DNA from: Eledone cirrhosa
Taxonomy: Eukaryota
DNA: 64,000 bases
Reading direction: 5' to 3'
Assembly: GCA_964016885.1 (NCBI GenBank)
Contig: OZ024740.1
Span: forward strand, 233,864,001 to 233,928,000
The notes under the pieces are model-generated. The model was not told the origin of the DNA. It saw only the letters and a list, made by a program, of their open reading frames with translations, and ran no database searches. Shown here piece by piece: positions 27,801 to 39,176 of the stretch (position 1 is the first letter of the stretch; each line of letters starts with the position of its first letter). Position numbers and translations under genes: made by a program.

Positions 27801-27905
27801 GTAATACGTGACGTATTCTATTCTATAGCGATTAGGTCTTCAAAATGTTTATTATAAACATACAGAATATTTTCGAATATTCTATGTCTATCTTCACATA
27901 TATAT
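24809..27905. mobile_element. Non-LTR retrozyme-like tandem array: 310-bp unit, about 1.9 inverted copies then about 8.1 direct copies, one minimal hammerhead per unit
   Basis: TAATC-CTGAAGA-tTTCT(aata)AGAAt-GAAA-CGCG-TA-GGTTA starts at 25561, 25871, 26181, 26491, 26801, 27111, 27421 and 27731 (plus), and lies at 24968-25008 and 25278-25318 (minus). The array has no ORF and is flanked by (TA)n. Confidence 0.9.
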
Positions 27906-27917
27906 ATATATATATAT

Positions 27918-28419
27918 GAAAACAGGGAGACAGAGACGATTATGAGGAAGAGAAATATATTCCTCTAAAAAGGGAAATCATATCAAACCACAGTCCACCA
28001 TTTGCCTCCTTCACGGAACCATGGTTCAACTAAGCAATCTTGCGATATTAAGACATTTTGAACTGCTTAACTTCAATGACTGTGCTTGTAAATAACATTA
28101 ACTTTTCTTCCACATTGACTTTTTACGTTCCACAATATGCACGGTTTTTTTTTCCTTTTTCTTTTTTCTTTTCACTTCTTAAACCTTGTTTGTATATAAC
28201 ATTATTCTTTCTGCACCTTCTGTTTAACACGTGCGACACCACACTAATACATTTCACTATCATTTGATAATGCATATAAATGCAGAAACCGGTAATAGAC
28301 AATAATTAAATATATAAATAGATTAAAAAAATGCCATTGTTAAATAATAAATAAATCAACTAATACCTTAACACTTCACACAAAGTAAAACATTTCGTTT
28401 TAATCATTTTCTAACCCAG

Positions 28420-28495
<76 letters not shown>

Positions 28496-28550
28496 AAAAA
28501 GGAAAAAATATATTTCTCTTCCTCATAATCGTCTCTTTCTCCTTGTTTTC
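27918..28550 (+). mobile_element. Small non-coding element with about 45-bp inverted termini and a U3-A8 hammerhead-like core at 28257-28298
   Basis: Inverted repeats at 27918-27961 / 28507-28550. Core TTGATAA-TGCAT(ataa)ATGCA-GAAA-CCGG-TA-ATAG, with imperfect helix I. Confidence 0.6.
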
Positions 28551-28597
28551 ATATATATATATCCTAACTCGTGTGCCTCCTCTCCACATTTTATTAT

Positions 28598-28687
<90 letters not shown>

Positions 28688-28830
28688 GTTAAAATACTGG
28701 AGCGTGTTGGAGTTAAACACCCTCTTCGTATTATAGAAATGACAGTAAAACGTATAGCTCAATGTAGTTAAACAGAGCCGAAAAATTAAGAAAGTAAAAC
28801 AAAGAAGCCTTCAATACATCAAAAGTCTTT

Positions 28831-28875
28831 ATTAGCCGACAATGTTTCGTCCTATTAAGGACTCATCAGGGCAAT
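28831..28875 (-). ncRNA. Minimal type I hammerhead ribozyme in the PLE pseudo-LTR
   Basis: ATTGCC-CTGATGA-GTCCT(taat)AGGAC-GAAA-CATTG-TC-GGCtAAT. Confidence 0.9.
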
Positions 28876-30695
28876 TAAAACAACAAGAAGTAATATCGGC
28901 AGATACAAGCCGGAAGCTCCGAAGAATATGGAGTGTACATACACTAAAGTATTGCAAGATTATGGGTAAAAATATATAATAAAAATAATAAAAATATATA
29001 ATAAAAATTACTAAGGATGTATATAACATTAAGAACCATATTACAAATATAGTCCAAAGCAAAAAAAACCTAGAGCTAAACAAAGGTGGTTATATAGAGC
29101 AGGAATTATATATAATACAATGTAATATAATATAATATACCTTTACCAATATTAAAATTACAATAAAAATCAAAAGGTACAATATGCATATGTATATATG
29201 TACGCACACGTACACACACATATACATACAACAATACACATAACCATCTTCAACTGCACAAATTAAACCTTATTAAGAGTTTGAATATAAAAATAAGCAT
29301 GATAGGAATGAAAATAATAATAATAATAATAATACTAATACATCTACCCAATATACATGAGGTAATAATATGATATAATTATAAGTAGCACATATAATAA
29401 ATAATAAACAATACAATTATATACTATATAATATAATATAATAGAATAGATAATCTCCGGTTAATTTACACAAACAATATAAATGTCACAATAATACTAT
29501 AATAATATTATACTAACATTTATAATATACAATATACTAACATGTATAATAAACAATATATAATGGTACTCAAGTTAACAAATCAATTCATACTGGGTTA
29601 CAGAGAAGGTGAGGAAAAATAAATTGTACAATACCCCCAAACAAATTATGATGGTACAAAAAATACAAACATCTTACATGATATATAAAGTTTAACATAT
29701 CATAATGTTACATATAATTAACGGTAAGTAATAAGGATCAATATTACAATAAAAAATACAATATAATATAATATATTATATAAAATAAATTAACATAATA
29801 TAATATATAATTACTTATAATTACAAGGTTGGTGAACAGATATGCATGTGGATGAGTGAGTAAGGGCCAGACAGTAAATATAATGCACAGTGGTATTACA
29901 AATAAAATATAAAATATAGAATAAAATAAATAAATAGAATCAACCGGAATTTAAAAAACAAAAACAAACGTATACATTTAGGTCTCACATGCAGTTAAGT
30001 AAAAACTAAGGAAACAACTCAAATGACTCAAAAACCCTATTTGATAAATTAATATTTAAAATATTTAAACTATCCAATAAGGCAGTATAATATTAGCTAT
30101 AGTTTAAGTCATTAAAGTTATAAACGTTAATATTTCGTTACAAATGTTTACAAAAAGGAATGAATTTTTTTACTATCATATACATAACGATATCTAAAAA
30201 ACTGACTTAAGCAGAATTAAGGTAGGCTAATAGGGACAGAAATGAAGAAATATATGGAGGATGCAAATGGGCATAAAATCATAGTCGATATACTATATTA
30301 AATAATAGAAAGGAGCGTAAAAGAGGGGGGGGTTAAATATAATCATAGTCAATTTGGAGGGGTTGACAATAAGTTTATGTGCGCATGGGGGGAGGGGGGG
30401 TTATCCAAAGAAGAATCCGAATAAAAATAAAAATAAAAATAAAAATAAAAATAAAAATAAAAATAAAAATAAAAATAAAATAAAATAAATAGCGTAAAAT
30501 ATATAATCTTATATATATTCATAAGGTGTTAATAGTGAAAATGTAATGCGTAAGAAGATAGATATGGTACAGTAGCCAAAAGATTATGAAAGCTAGAATA
30601 AAGAGTCATCAAAAACCAATGATAATAATGATGATAATAATAATGTTGGTAAACAAAAGAACCTAAACTAAAAAATAAGTAATGGAATATATCAG

Positions 30696-32762
30696 CTAAT
30701 GGGTACAATTTGTACTACTAGAACGTTTAGGTTTATAATAAAAATATGAATTAGAAATAGCGTGGGGGCAAGAAGAGAATATCTCAGACTTTCTATTAAG
30801 TAAGGGTACGCTAGAGAAAATTATAGAGTGTGTCTCGAGGATACAGAGATTACAAAACTTAGTATGTGTAGAAAGGTGGTTATAGCGTGCTACTAAACGC
30901 CAGTTAAGGCTATATGGTATATTAGCTCCCTTAAGATCCCAGATATAATGTGCTAAAGAAGTAGAATTCTTAAACTTAACATGTTTGAAATTAGAGATAT
31001 GAGAGTTAAACCTAGTCTTAAAATTGTTAGATGTAGAGCCTATATAAGTTCTATTAGAGGAATTAGTTATAACTTCGCAAGCATAGACAATGTTCTTAGA
31101 AAGGCAGTTACCGTTTAAAGGGCAGTTAGCACTCACTCTACAATTGCACTTCCGGGTGTTATTGGTTGGCTCAAGTGGTGATGCATTACACGTAGGATTG
31201 CTATTAGATAAGGTCTGTTCTGGTGGTAATGCATTTCCAGATCTGTTCAGACTAGTAGTATGTAGAGAGGAGAATCCATCCCTAATTTTCCTATTGTTAG
31301 TGCTAGCTAAATGAGAACTAATATTAGGGGTGGTAGAGAATGAAAGTTTAATAACATTTTTATTAAAAGTACTATGGTATTTATGAGAAGGGGGGACATT
31401 TTTCTCTAAGATAGAGAAGAAAGACCTAGGGATATTAGTTGATACTTCCTGATTATATGGCGGGTTAAAATAAGTATTTAATCGCCTTCTATTTTTATTC
31501 TTACCGACTCTACAATTATCAAATGTCCCACCATCGAGACTAGGGTTACTACAAGGATTAGTTAAAACCGCATTCATAGAATCAGCCAAAATTTCATTAA
31601 GTCTATTACAGTTTCTACCTCCAGTAGATCTGCTGCTGTCCGAAATCCCATCAAAAGGATTAGGGCCAATGATAGGATCCGTAGGAGCAACATTATTAGA
31701 ATAAGATCCAGCAAAATTATCACCAATGAGTGAGCGCTCAGGGGGTTCAACTTGTTTCGTAGAGGTATTATATTCACTATTACGAGTCCCGTGGGTTAAC
31801 TTATGGATGGGTTCAGATACACCTATATAATTTTTACGGTTACTATGTTTCCTACTCCCATTCATGGCCATGTTATGTGATATTATGTTATTATTATTAA
31901 AAGTAAGCGGAGACTTTCTAAGGTTACTATTATTATAATGTATTTTACTAGAGTAACCGGAATTTGCTAGGGCATTATTATAGTACTCCGCATGTTCATT
32001 AAATGTTCCTACGTCCTTAGAGAGTGTGGAAATCCTATTAGATACACCCTTAATTATAGAGCTTATCATAGACTTGGGGTGGTTAGAATTGGGGCTAACA
32101 TAAGAAAGTATTTCATTAGGCTTATGGAAGGGTTTAAAACTATTAGTGACCAAGTCCAAAGTCACATCTAAAAAGTTTACCGCTCTATCATTTCTATCTA
32201 TCGTGATCGAAAGGTTATAGCTTTTAAAAAACTTATAAAGCTTCTTCTTATTATGTTCTACATTGTTGGTGCTAGAGTTAATTACAAACAATGCATCGTC
32301 ACGATATAGTCCGCCTATAAGGTGCGGGAAGGTAGCATATAGTTCATTAAGGAGGAACAACCCAACAAGATCAGTAACCTGGGCCGAATCACTCGAACCC
32401 ATTGTAACGTCGAAATTATTGGGCGTGTTTTTACGGGTCCAAAATGTGTCCTCAAATTTAATAATAGTTTTACGGGCTGCTAGTATAATATCTACCTGTG
32501 ATCGTGTAAGGCTGGACACTTTCATGGCTAACATTAAAGCTTTATTGAGGAGGATGGGTGAAATTGATGTGTAGTAGGCATCAATATCGAATTGGATAAA
32601 CTTATTAGATTCAAGTCTATTAATCCCAGAGAACCAATCTATAACTTCCTTAGTGTTCCCCCATAGGTTAAAATTAACCTTATCCCTAACATCTGGTATA
32701 ATAAGGTCAAGGATTTTTTTACTGATAATGGCTATATCAGACTTAGAAGGACAGATGAGTCT
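30696..32762 (-). CDS. Penelope-like RT and GIY-YIG endonuclease (5'-truncated, open frame; possibly Naiad-type)
   Basis: The frame stays open upstream of the listed 32534 start (RLICPSKSDIA...FIQFDIDAYYTSI). Motifs include MGSSDSAQVTDLVG, GLYRDD, FLDVTL, YFNPP, CNCRVSANCPLNGNC, VY..YIG and CNLC. Confidence 0.9.
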   Translation of the reverse strand, partial: RLICPSKSDIAIISKKILDLIIPDVRDKVNFNLWGNTKEVIDWFSGINRLESNKFIQFDIDAYYTSISPILLNKALMLAMKVSSLTRSQVDIILAARKTIIKFEDTFWTRKNTPNNFDVTMGSSDSAQVTDLVGLFLLNELYATFPHLIGGLYRDDALFVINSSTNNVEHNKKKLYKFFKSYNLSITIDRNDRAVNFLDVTLDLVTNSFKPFHKPNEILSYVSPNSNHPKSMISSIIKGVSNRISTLSKDVGTFNEHAEYYNNALANSGYSSKIHYNNSNLRKSPLTFNNNNIISHNMAMNGSRKHSNRKNYIGVSEPIHKLTHGTRNSEYNTSTKQVEPPERSLIGDNFAGSYSNNVAPTDPIIGPNPFDGISDSSRSTGGRNCNRLNEILADSMNAVLTNPCSNPSLDGGTFDNCRVGKNKNRRRLNTYFNPPYNQEVSTNIPRSFFSILEKNVPPSHKYHSTFNKNVIKLSFSTTPNISSHLASTNNRKIRDGFSSLHTTSLNRSGNALPPEQTLSNSNPTCNASPLEPTNNTRKCNCRVSANCPLNGNCLSKNIVYACEVITNSSNRTYIGSTSNNFKTRFNSHISNFKHVKFKNSTSLAHYIWDLKGANIPYSLNWRLVARYNHLSTHTKFCNLCILETHSIIFSSVPLLNRKSEIFSSCPHAISNSYFYYKPKRSSSTNCTH

Positions 32763-33530
32763 ATGTGTGTTTGGGTATTGTACAATTTATTTTTCCTCAC
32801 CTTCTCTGTAACCCAGTATGAATTGATTTGTTAACTTGAGTACCATTATATATTGTTTATTATAAATGTTAGTATATTGTATATTATAAATGTTAGTATA
32901 ATATTATTATAGTATTATTGTGACATCTATATTGTTTGCGTAAATTAACCGGAGATTATCTATTCTATTATATTATATTATATAGTATATAATTGTATTG
33001 TTTATTATTTATTATATGTGCTACTTATAATTATATCATATTATTACCTCATGTATATTGGGTAGATGTATTAGTATTATTATTATTATTATTTTCATTC
33101 CTATCATGCTTATTTTTATATTCAAACTCTTAATAACGTTTAATTTGTGCAATTGAAGATGGATATGTGTATTGTTGTATGTATATGTGTGTGTACGTGT
33201 GCGTACATATATACATATGCATATTGTACCTTTTGATTTTTATTGTAATTTTAATATTGGTAAAGGTATATTATATTATATTACATTGTATTATATATAA
33301 TTCCTGCTCTATATAACCACCTTTGTTTAGCTCTAGGTTTTTTTTGCTTTGGACTATATTTGTAATATGGTTCTTAATGTTATATACATCCTTAGTAATT
33401 TTTATTATATATTTTTATTATTTTTATTATATATTTTTACCCATAATCTTGCAATACTTTAGTGTATGTACACTCCATATTCTTCGGAGCTTCCGGCTTG
33501 TATCTGCCGATATTACTTCTTGTTGTTTTA

Positions 33531-33575
33531 ATTGCCCTGATGAGTCCTTAATAGGACGAAACATTGTCGGCTAAT
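33531..33575 (+). ncRNA. Minimal type I hammerhead ribozyme in the inverted pseudo-LTR
   Basis: Exact reverse complement of 28831-28875. Confidence 0.9.
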
Positions 33576-33616
33576 AAAGACTTTTGATGTATTGAAGGCT
33601 TCTTTGTTTTACTTTC

Positions 33617-33705
<89 letters not shown>

Positions 33706-33749
33706 TGACAGAGAGACAGAGAGAGTGAGAAGGAGAGAGAGATAGCTAT

Positions 33750-33831
33750 AGATATATATATATAAATGTATGTACGTATGTATATATGTATGTATATGGA
33801 TACGTGTGTGGGGAGAGTGTGTATGTGTGTT

Positions 33832-33879
<48 letters not shown>

Positions 33880-33960
33880 AACACACATACACACTCTCCC
33901 CACACACGTATCCATATACATACATATATACATACGTACATACATTTATATATATATATA
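33750..33960. repeat. Perfect palindrome centred on a (TA)n tract
   Basis: About 75-bp arms are exact reverse complements. The ORF track gives the same peptide on both strands. Confidence 0.9.
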
Positions 33961-34089
33961 TATATGTGTGTGTGTGCGTGTAAGTGAGTAGAGTAGCGTG
34001 TGTGTGTGTTTGTTGTGTGTGTGAGTGTTGCTGTGTGCACGCATATGTATGCGTGTGTGTGTATGTCGTACGTATAAGTGTCAATAAGT

Positions 34090-34125
<36 letters not shown>

Positions 34126-34127
<2 letters not shown>

Positions 34128-34471
34128 GCGGGGACATAGAAATAATCGGGCTGGATGCCCGATCGCGCAGTTAAACCACTGGGAGTGAAGAACCCCTAGC
34201 CCATGTCAGGGTATTCTTCTAGGAGAAGGCATCTCAGGAAACTGGGTTAACTCCGATATAAAACCTGCGGCTCAGTAGTTACCGATGATGTTGATCTTTT
34301 CTTCTTTTCGGGTTATAGCTACTGTCGCTCAGAGAGTGGGATTGGTTCAGTGCACAGTCTTTCCTCACTTTAAAAATATTCGTCACGCACAGGCATTGCA
34401 CGAGTGCATTAATAATTATTAATAGTGTAGTATTATTATTATTATTATTATTATTGTTATTACTATTATTA

Positions 34472-34505
<34 letters not shown>

Positions 34506-37500
34506 CCCAATTCAATGATGTTCCAGAACAATGTAAACGAGATAATTGCCAATTTGGGTTCTGGAACAAAAAAGATCATTGGCAATAAGGGCAGGGGCCC
34601 CAAGTTATCACAACCTGGGCCCGCCCGTCATCGTGCCATTGTAATAGAGCCAAACAGGGCATTTAGTCTTGGCTGCTGGAACGTACGGACGCTGCTTGAC
34701 AGGGATTCTTTGGAGCGTCCTGAACGAAGGACCGCTCTTGTTGCGAAGGAGCTTCGACGTTACGATCTTGACATCGTGGCTTTGTCTGAGACGAGGTTAG
34801 CTGGAGATGGTCATCTTACGGAATTTTGTGGAGAATATACATTCTTCTGGAAAGGAAGAGATGAAGGAACCAGAAGAGAGGCTGGGGTGGGATTTGCTGT
34901 TAAGACTGTACTGGTGAATAAATTGGAAGAATTCCCAGTGGGGATTAGTGAGCGTCTTATGTCCATGAGAGTTCCGCTGGACAAGGGAAGATATGCTACC
35001 CTGGTGAGTGTGTATGCTCCAACTATGAATTCTGTCGATGAAGAAAAACTGTCCTTTTACCATGCCTTGAAAGGTGTTTTAAGAAATATCCCTCAGGCAG
35101 ACAAAGTCATCGTGCTTGGTGACTTTAATGCTAGAGTGGGTAGGGATTTTAACACATGGAATGTAATCGGAAGGCATGGGGTGGGAAAGTGTAACAGCAA
35201 TGGTATGCTCTTGCTGCAGATGTGTGAGGAGCTGGATCTGTGTGTTACCAACACCATGTTCCAACAAAAGAACAAATTCAAGACCACATGGATGCATCCT
35301 GCATCTAAGGAATGGCATCTTTTGGACTACGTCCTAGTCAGGATGCGTGACAGACAGGATGTGCGGTGTGTTCGTGTTCTTCGTGGAGCTGAGTGCTGGA
35401 CGGACCACCGCCTGGTACGCGCAAAAGTGAATCTAATCACCAAACGTAAAATCCGGGCTCCTGGTGTTACCCTGCCCAAAAGATTGAATGCTGCTCGTCT
35501 TAAGGATAAAAATGTGAAGAGGACATTGGAAGAAGAGATGCAGGCTGCAGATCTTGGTGAGGATTGGCCGACCCTTAAAAAGTCGGTTTATGATGTAGGC
35601 AGACGTGTTCTGGGATTGGTGCAGAGAAAACATCAGGACTGGTTTAATGAGAAAGATGTGCATATAGATGACTTGTTGGCTGATAAGAGGCGCGCTCTGT
35701 CACGCTACTTGACGGCAAGACCACAGGAGAGGAATACGTTGCATGAGGAGCTCAGGGATGTAAAATCACGTGTTAGGCGGAGTCTTTCTCAGATGAAGGA
35801 TCAGTGGTGGAGTGAGAAGGCTGGTGAGATACAAACTGCGTCTGATTGCAATAACACAAAGCTGTTGTACAGTCTCTTGCGTGAGGTTTATGGACCGTCT
35901 TCTTCTCTGGTGACACCGATTCGCAGCAAGGATGGCAAAGAACTTCTTCGTGACTCACAGGGAATTCTACGAAGGTGGCGGGAGCACTTTGATGATCTTT
36001 TGAATCAGCCGTCTGTCGTCAGTGAAGATTTCCTCAATCTCATTCCGGAAAGTCCTGTGAAAGTAGCTCTCGCAGAGCCTCCGACACTTGTGGAGGTTGC
36101 AGTGGCTATTTCGAAGCTGAACAGTGGAAGATCTCCAGGTATGGATGGCATACATGCTGAGCTCCTACAATATGGTGGTGAGAGACTCCTGCAACATCTT
36201 CACTCTCTGTTTGGAGGGATATGGGCTAATGAATCCGTGCCTGAGGACTGGAGAGATGCAGTAATGGTGGTCTTGTACAAGGGAAAGGGTAACAGGAATG
36301 ATTGTGGGAACTACAGAGGTATATCATTGCTTTCTGTCGTGGGGAAAGTTTTATGTAGGGTGCTTCTGGACCGTCTGCTGACACACATTGCAGATTGTGT
36401 CCTTCCTGAAAGTCAATCTGGTTTTCGTGTTGGACGCGGCACTACTGATATGATCTTCTCAGCTGGACAGCTCCAGGAGAAGTGCATTGAACAGGGCTTG
36501 GATCTGTATCAGGTTTTTGTCGATCTGACAAAGGCTTTCGATACTGTCAACAGAGATGCATTATGGAAGGTTCTCCAGAAACTTGGTTGCCCTGATAAGT
36601 TCCTTGCTTTAGTTAGGTCTTTCCATGACGACATGAAGGCTTGGGTTAATGTCGGAGGTAACATGTCGGAGCCTATCTCAGTAAAAAATGGAGTGAAACA
36701 GGGGGATATTCCAGCACCGACCCTGTTTGCCATATACTTTGCAATGGTTTTCTGTATTGCATTCAGGAATTGCGAGCATGGTGTTTACATCCGATATCGA
36801 ACCTCAGGCAGCATATTTAACATCAGGCGCTTTGCTGCGAAGACAAAAGTATTTACATCAGTCATAAGAGACCTCTTGTATGCAGATGATTGCGATCTTG
36901 TAGCGCACACAGAGAGTGATATGCAGCACATTTTGAATGTATTTTCTGACGCTTGCACTGCCCTGGGTTTGACTGTCAGTCTCAGGAAAACCGTCGTCAT
37001 GTACCAACCTGCACCTGGTAGGCAGTACACTGAACCAAACATCTATGTGTATGGCAGACGACTTGGAGTGGTTGATCAGTTTGTCTACCTGGGAAGCACT
37101 GTCAATCGATACGGCAACCTTGACAGTGAAATCTCACTTAGGATTAGGAAAGCAAGTGATGCTTTCGGAAAGCTAGAAAGGCGACTCTGGGGTCGGCGAG
37201 ACATATGCAGGAGGACAAAGGTAAGGGTGTACAGGGCATGTGTACTCTCTTGTCTTCTTTATGCCTGCGAGACCTGGGTCACATATCGACGCCACCTTAA
37301 GCAATTGGAGCGTTTCCATCAGATGTGTCTCAGACGGATACATGGCGTTCGCTGGAGGGACCACATCAGTGATGTCGAGATTTTGGAAAGCTCTATGTGT
37401 GACAGTATAGAAGCTCTTGTGCTTAAGCAGCGACTCCGTTGGAGTGGTCACCTTGCCAGGATGAAGGATTCTAGAATACCAAAACAACTCTTCTATGGAG

Positions 37501-38068
37501 AGTTGGTTAAAGGAAAACGACCGCCACATAAACCAAAAAAGAGGTATAAGGATTCCTTGAAGGCCTCTCTGAAAGACGCTAACATCTCTGCTGATACATG
37601 GGAAAATGTTGCTGCTGATCGTAATAAATGGAGAAAGACTGTATATGAGGGAAAAGTTGCCTTTGAGGCATCTCGAATCGCACACGAGAAAGTAAAGCGG
37701 GACGTGAGGAAGGGTATTGCTGTTGCACTTCCAGACGGCGAGGGTCCTCCTATGTTTCTGACATGCAGCGTCTGTGCGAGACTCTGCCTAAGCAAAGCTG
37801 GACTCGAAAGTCATCTTCGCAGTCATAAAGTAAGACCAGTGGTTGACTACCAGGCTGCTGTTGGAGATGCTACTCATCATGCTTGCCAAACATGTGGTAG
37901 AGAATGTAAATCAGCAGGAGGACTCAAGCGACATGCAAAAGTACACGAACTCCAACCACAGCCGACTATTCCCAGTAAATGTTTTGGTTGCCGACTCTGT
38001 GCAAGACATTTTGGATCATTGGCTGGGCTAAAAAGCCACATTCGATCGCAGCACTGTTAGTTGCTATC

Positions 38069-38105
<37 letters not shown>
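34126..38105 (+). mobile_element. RTE-clade LINE, apparently full length
   Basis: 5' UTR (interrupted by (TTA)n and poly-T), single ORF, very short 3' UTR and a (TG)n tail. Confidence 0.85.
34515..38060 (+). CDS. RTE LINE polyprotein: AP endonuclease, reverse transcriptase and three C-terminal C2H2 zinc fingers
   Basis: Uninterrupted 1181-aa ORF with WNVRTL, LSETR, GDFNAR, LDY, TDH; YRGISLL, FVDLTKAFD, GVKQG, YADD, YLGS, RLRWSGH; and CSVC..H..H, CQTC..H..H, CRLC..H..H. Confidence 0.95.
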   Translation: MMFQNNVNEIIANLGSGTKKIIGNKGRGPKLSQPGPARHRAIVIEPNRAFSLGCWNVRTLLDRDSLERPERRTALVAKELRRYDLDIVALSETRLAGDGHLTEFCGEYTFFWKGRDEGTRREAGVGFAVKTVLVNKLEEFPVGISERLMSMRVPLDKGRYATLVSVYAPTMNSVDEEKLSFYHALKGVLRNIPQADKVIVLGDFNARVGRDFNTWNVIGRHGVGKCNSNGMLLLQMCEELDLCVTNTMFQQKNKFKTTWMHPASKEWHLLDYVLVRMRDRQDVRCVRVLRGAECWTDHRLVRAKVNLITKRKIRAPGVTLPKRLNAARLKDKNVKRTLEEEMQAADLGEDWPTLKKSVYDVGRRVLGLVQRKHQDWFNEKDVHIDDLLADKRRALSRYLTARPQERNTLHEELRDVKSRVRRSLSQMKDQWWSEKAGEIQTASDCNNTKLLYSLLREVYGPSSSLVTPIRSKDGKELLRDSQGILRRWREHFDDLLNQPSVVSEDFLNLIPESPVKVALAEPPTLVEVAVAISKLNSGRSPGMDGIHAELLQYGGERLLQHLHSLFGGIWANESVPEDWRDAVMVVLYKGKGNRNDCGNYRGISLLSVVGKVLCRVLLDRLLTHIADCVLPESQSGFRVGRGTTDMIFSAGQLQEKCIEQGLDLYQVFVDLTKAFDTVNRDALWKVLQKLGCPDKFLALVRSFHDDMKAWVNVGGNMSEPISVKNGVKQGDIPAPTLFAIYFAMVFCIAFRNCEHGVYIRYRTSGSIFNIRRFAAKTKVFTSVIRDLLYADDCDLVAHTESDMQHILNVFSDACTALGLTVSLRKTVVMYQPAPGRQYTEPNIYVYGRRLGVVDQFVYLGSTVNRYGNLDSEISLRIRKASDAFGKLERRLWGRRDICRRTKVRVYRACVLSCLLYACETWVTYRRHLKQLERFHQMCLRRIHGVRWRDHISDVEILESSMCDSIEALVLKQRLRWSGHLARMKDSRIPKQLFYGELVKGKRPPHKPKKRYKDSLKASLKDANISADTWENVAADRNKWRKTVYEGKVAFEASRIAHEKVKRDVRKGIAVALPDGEGPPMFLTCSVCARLCLSKAGLESHLRSHKVRPVVDYQAAVGDATHHACQTCGRECKSAGGLKRHAKVHELQPQPTIPSKCFGCRLCARHFGSLAGLKSHIRSQHC

Positions 38106-38108
<3 letters not shown>

Positions 38109-38187
38109 GCTTATGTGCGTGCGTGTGTGTGTATATATATATGAATATGTATATTATTATTGTTGTTGTCGTTATTATTATTATTGC

Positions 38188-38242
<55 letters not shown>

Positions 38243-38297
38243 TTTTTTTTTTTTTTTTTTTTTTTGTGCAATGGCCATACTCGATAACGAGGGGGCA

Positions 38298-38365
<68 letters not shown>

Positions 38366-38438
38366 ATCCGTATGCCGTTGACGGCTGAGAGAAAAGAGTA
38401 CACAATACTGAAGTAGAGTTTTAGCATTCATTTTATTC

Positions 38439-38570
38439 AGGCTAAATAGTGAGTCTTCTTATTCTGGAGTTTCGTCTGTTTATCATAGAGTCATCGGACA
38501 AGAATTCTTGTCTTATTTCCCTGTTAATAAACAGGCGAAACTCCAGAGTAACAAGACTCACTATTTAGCC
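38439..38570. repeat. Short fold-back containing hammerhead remnants
   Basis: Minus arm TCTTGT-CCGATGA...GAAA-CTCCAGAA-TA. Plus arm GAAA-CTCCAGAG-TA-ACAAGA supplies a matching helix I and helix III. Confidence 0.55.
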
Positions 38571-38580
38571 TTAATAATAT

Positions 38581-38622
<42 letters not shown>

Positions 38623-38891
38623 AAGTGGAAGTTTTTAGTAGAATCGAAGTTTTGGCTGTGGCCAAGCAAAGTCGACCTACAATAAGGAATGAGTAGCAAA
38701 GCACTCAATAAGGGTAGGTCCTTAGAGTAATAACATTATGTTTAAATAGCTTGACACATTGAAAATTGCGGTAGGCAAAACCCAACCATACAGTACCAAA
38801 ACAACGAAAGAACTAATCAGGTTAAAACAACAGACCTGGGCATATCGAACGATATTCTGCAACACGTCCGATATATATAATTATATATATA

Positions 38892-38929
<38 letters not shown>

Positions 38930-39140
38930 ATATATATATAAACATGATTTCAACATTTCTGTTATTGTTTTTTTTATGTTCATCCTGGTATTGTATTTTC
39001 CCAAGTGATGCGTTGAAACAATTTTAAAGCATTAAATGCTTTAAGAAATCTTACCTACCATTTCAGTTCGTACATATATCTGTGTATATATAAAGAAAAA
39101 AAGATGTGAGAAAAACCACAGAACCTCCATCTCAACTCTG

Positions 39141-39176
39141 CTTTTGAAAAGCAGAAGATCTGCGAAACCGGTAAAG
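39141..39176 (+). ncRNA. Minimal hammerhead-like motif, U3-A8 core
   Basis: CTT-TTGAAAA-GCAGA(aga)TCTGC-GAAA-CCGG-TA-AAG. Confidence 0.6.

Larger units (their letters stand above)
28785..33621 (-). mobile_element. Young 5'-truncated Penelope-like element with about 855-bp inverted pseudo-LTR
   Basis: Near-identical inverted repeats (28785-29643 / 32768-33621) enclose an uninterrupted RT-GIY-YIG frame. Each repeat has an HHR near its outer end. Confidence 0.95.

Noticed and set aside
24809-27905. CRISPR-like array
   Set aside because: The units are contiguous 310-bp repeats with no unique spacers and no cas genes, in eukaryotic DNA.
30696-31150. Selenocysteine-encoding PLE, as known for some Naiad elements
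   Set aside because: The conserved Cys positions I checked in this and the other PLE copies are not TGA. The stops seen elsewhere look like decay.
34126-34290. HDV-like ribozyme in the RTE 5' UTR
   Set aside because: Plausible for RTE elements and hairpins are present, but I could not build the nested double pseudoknot by hand.
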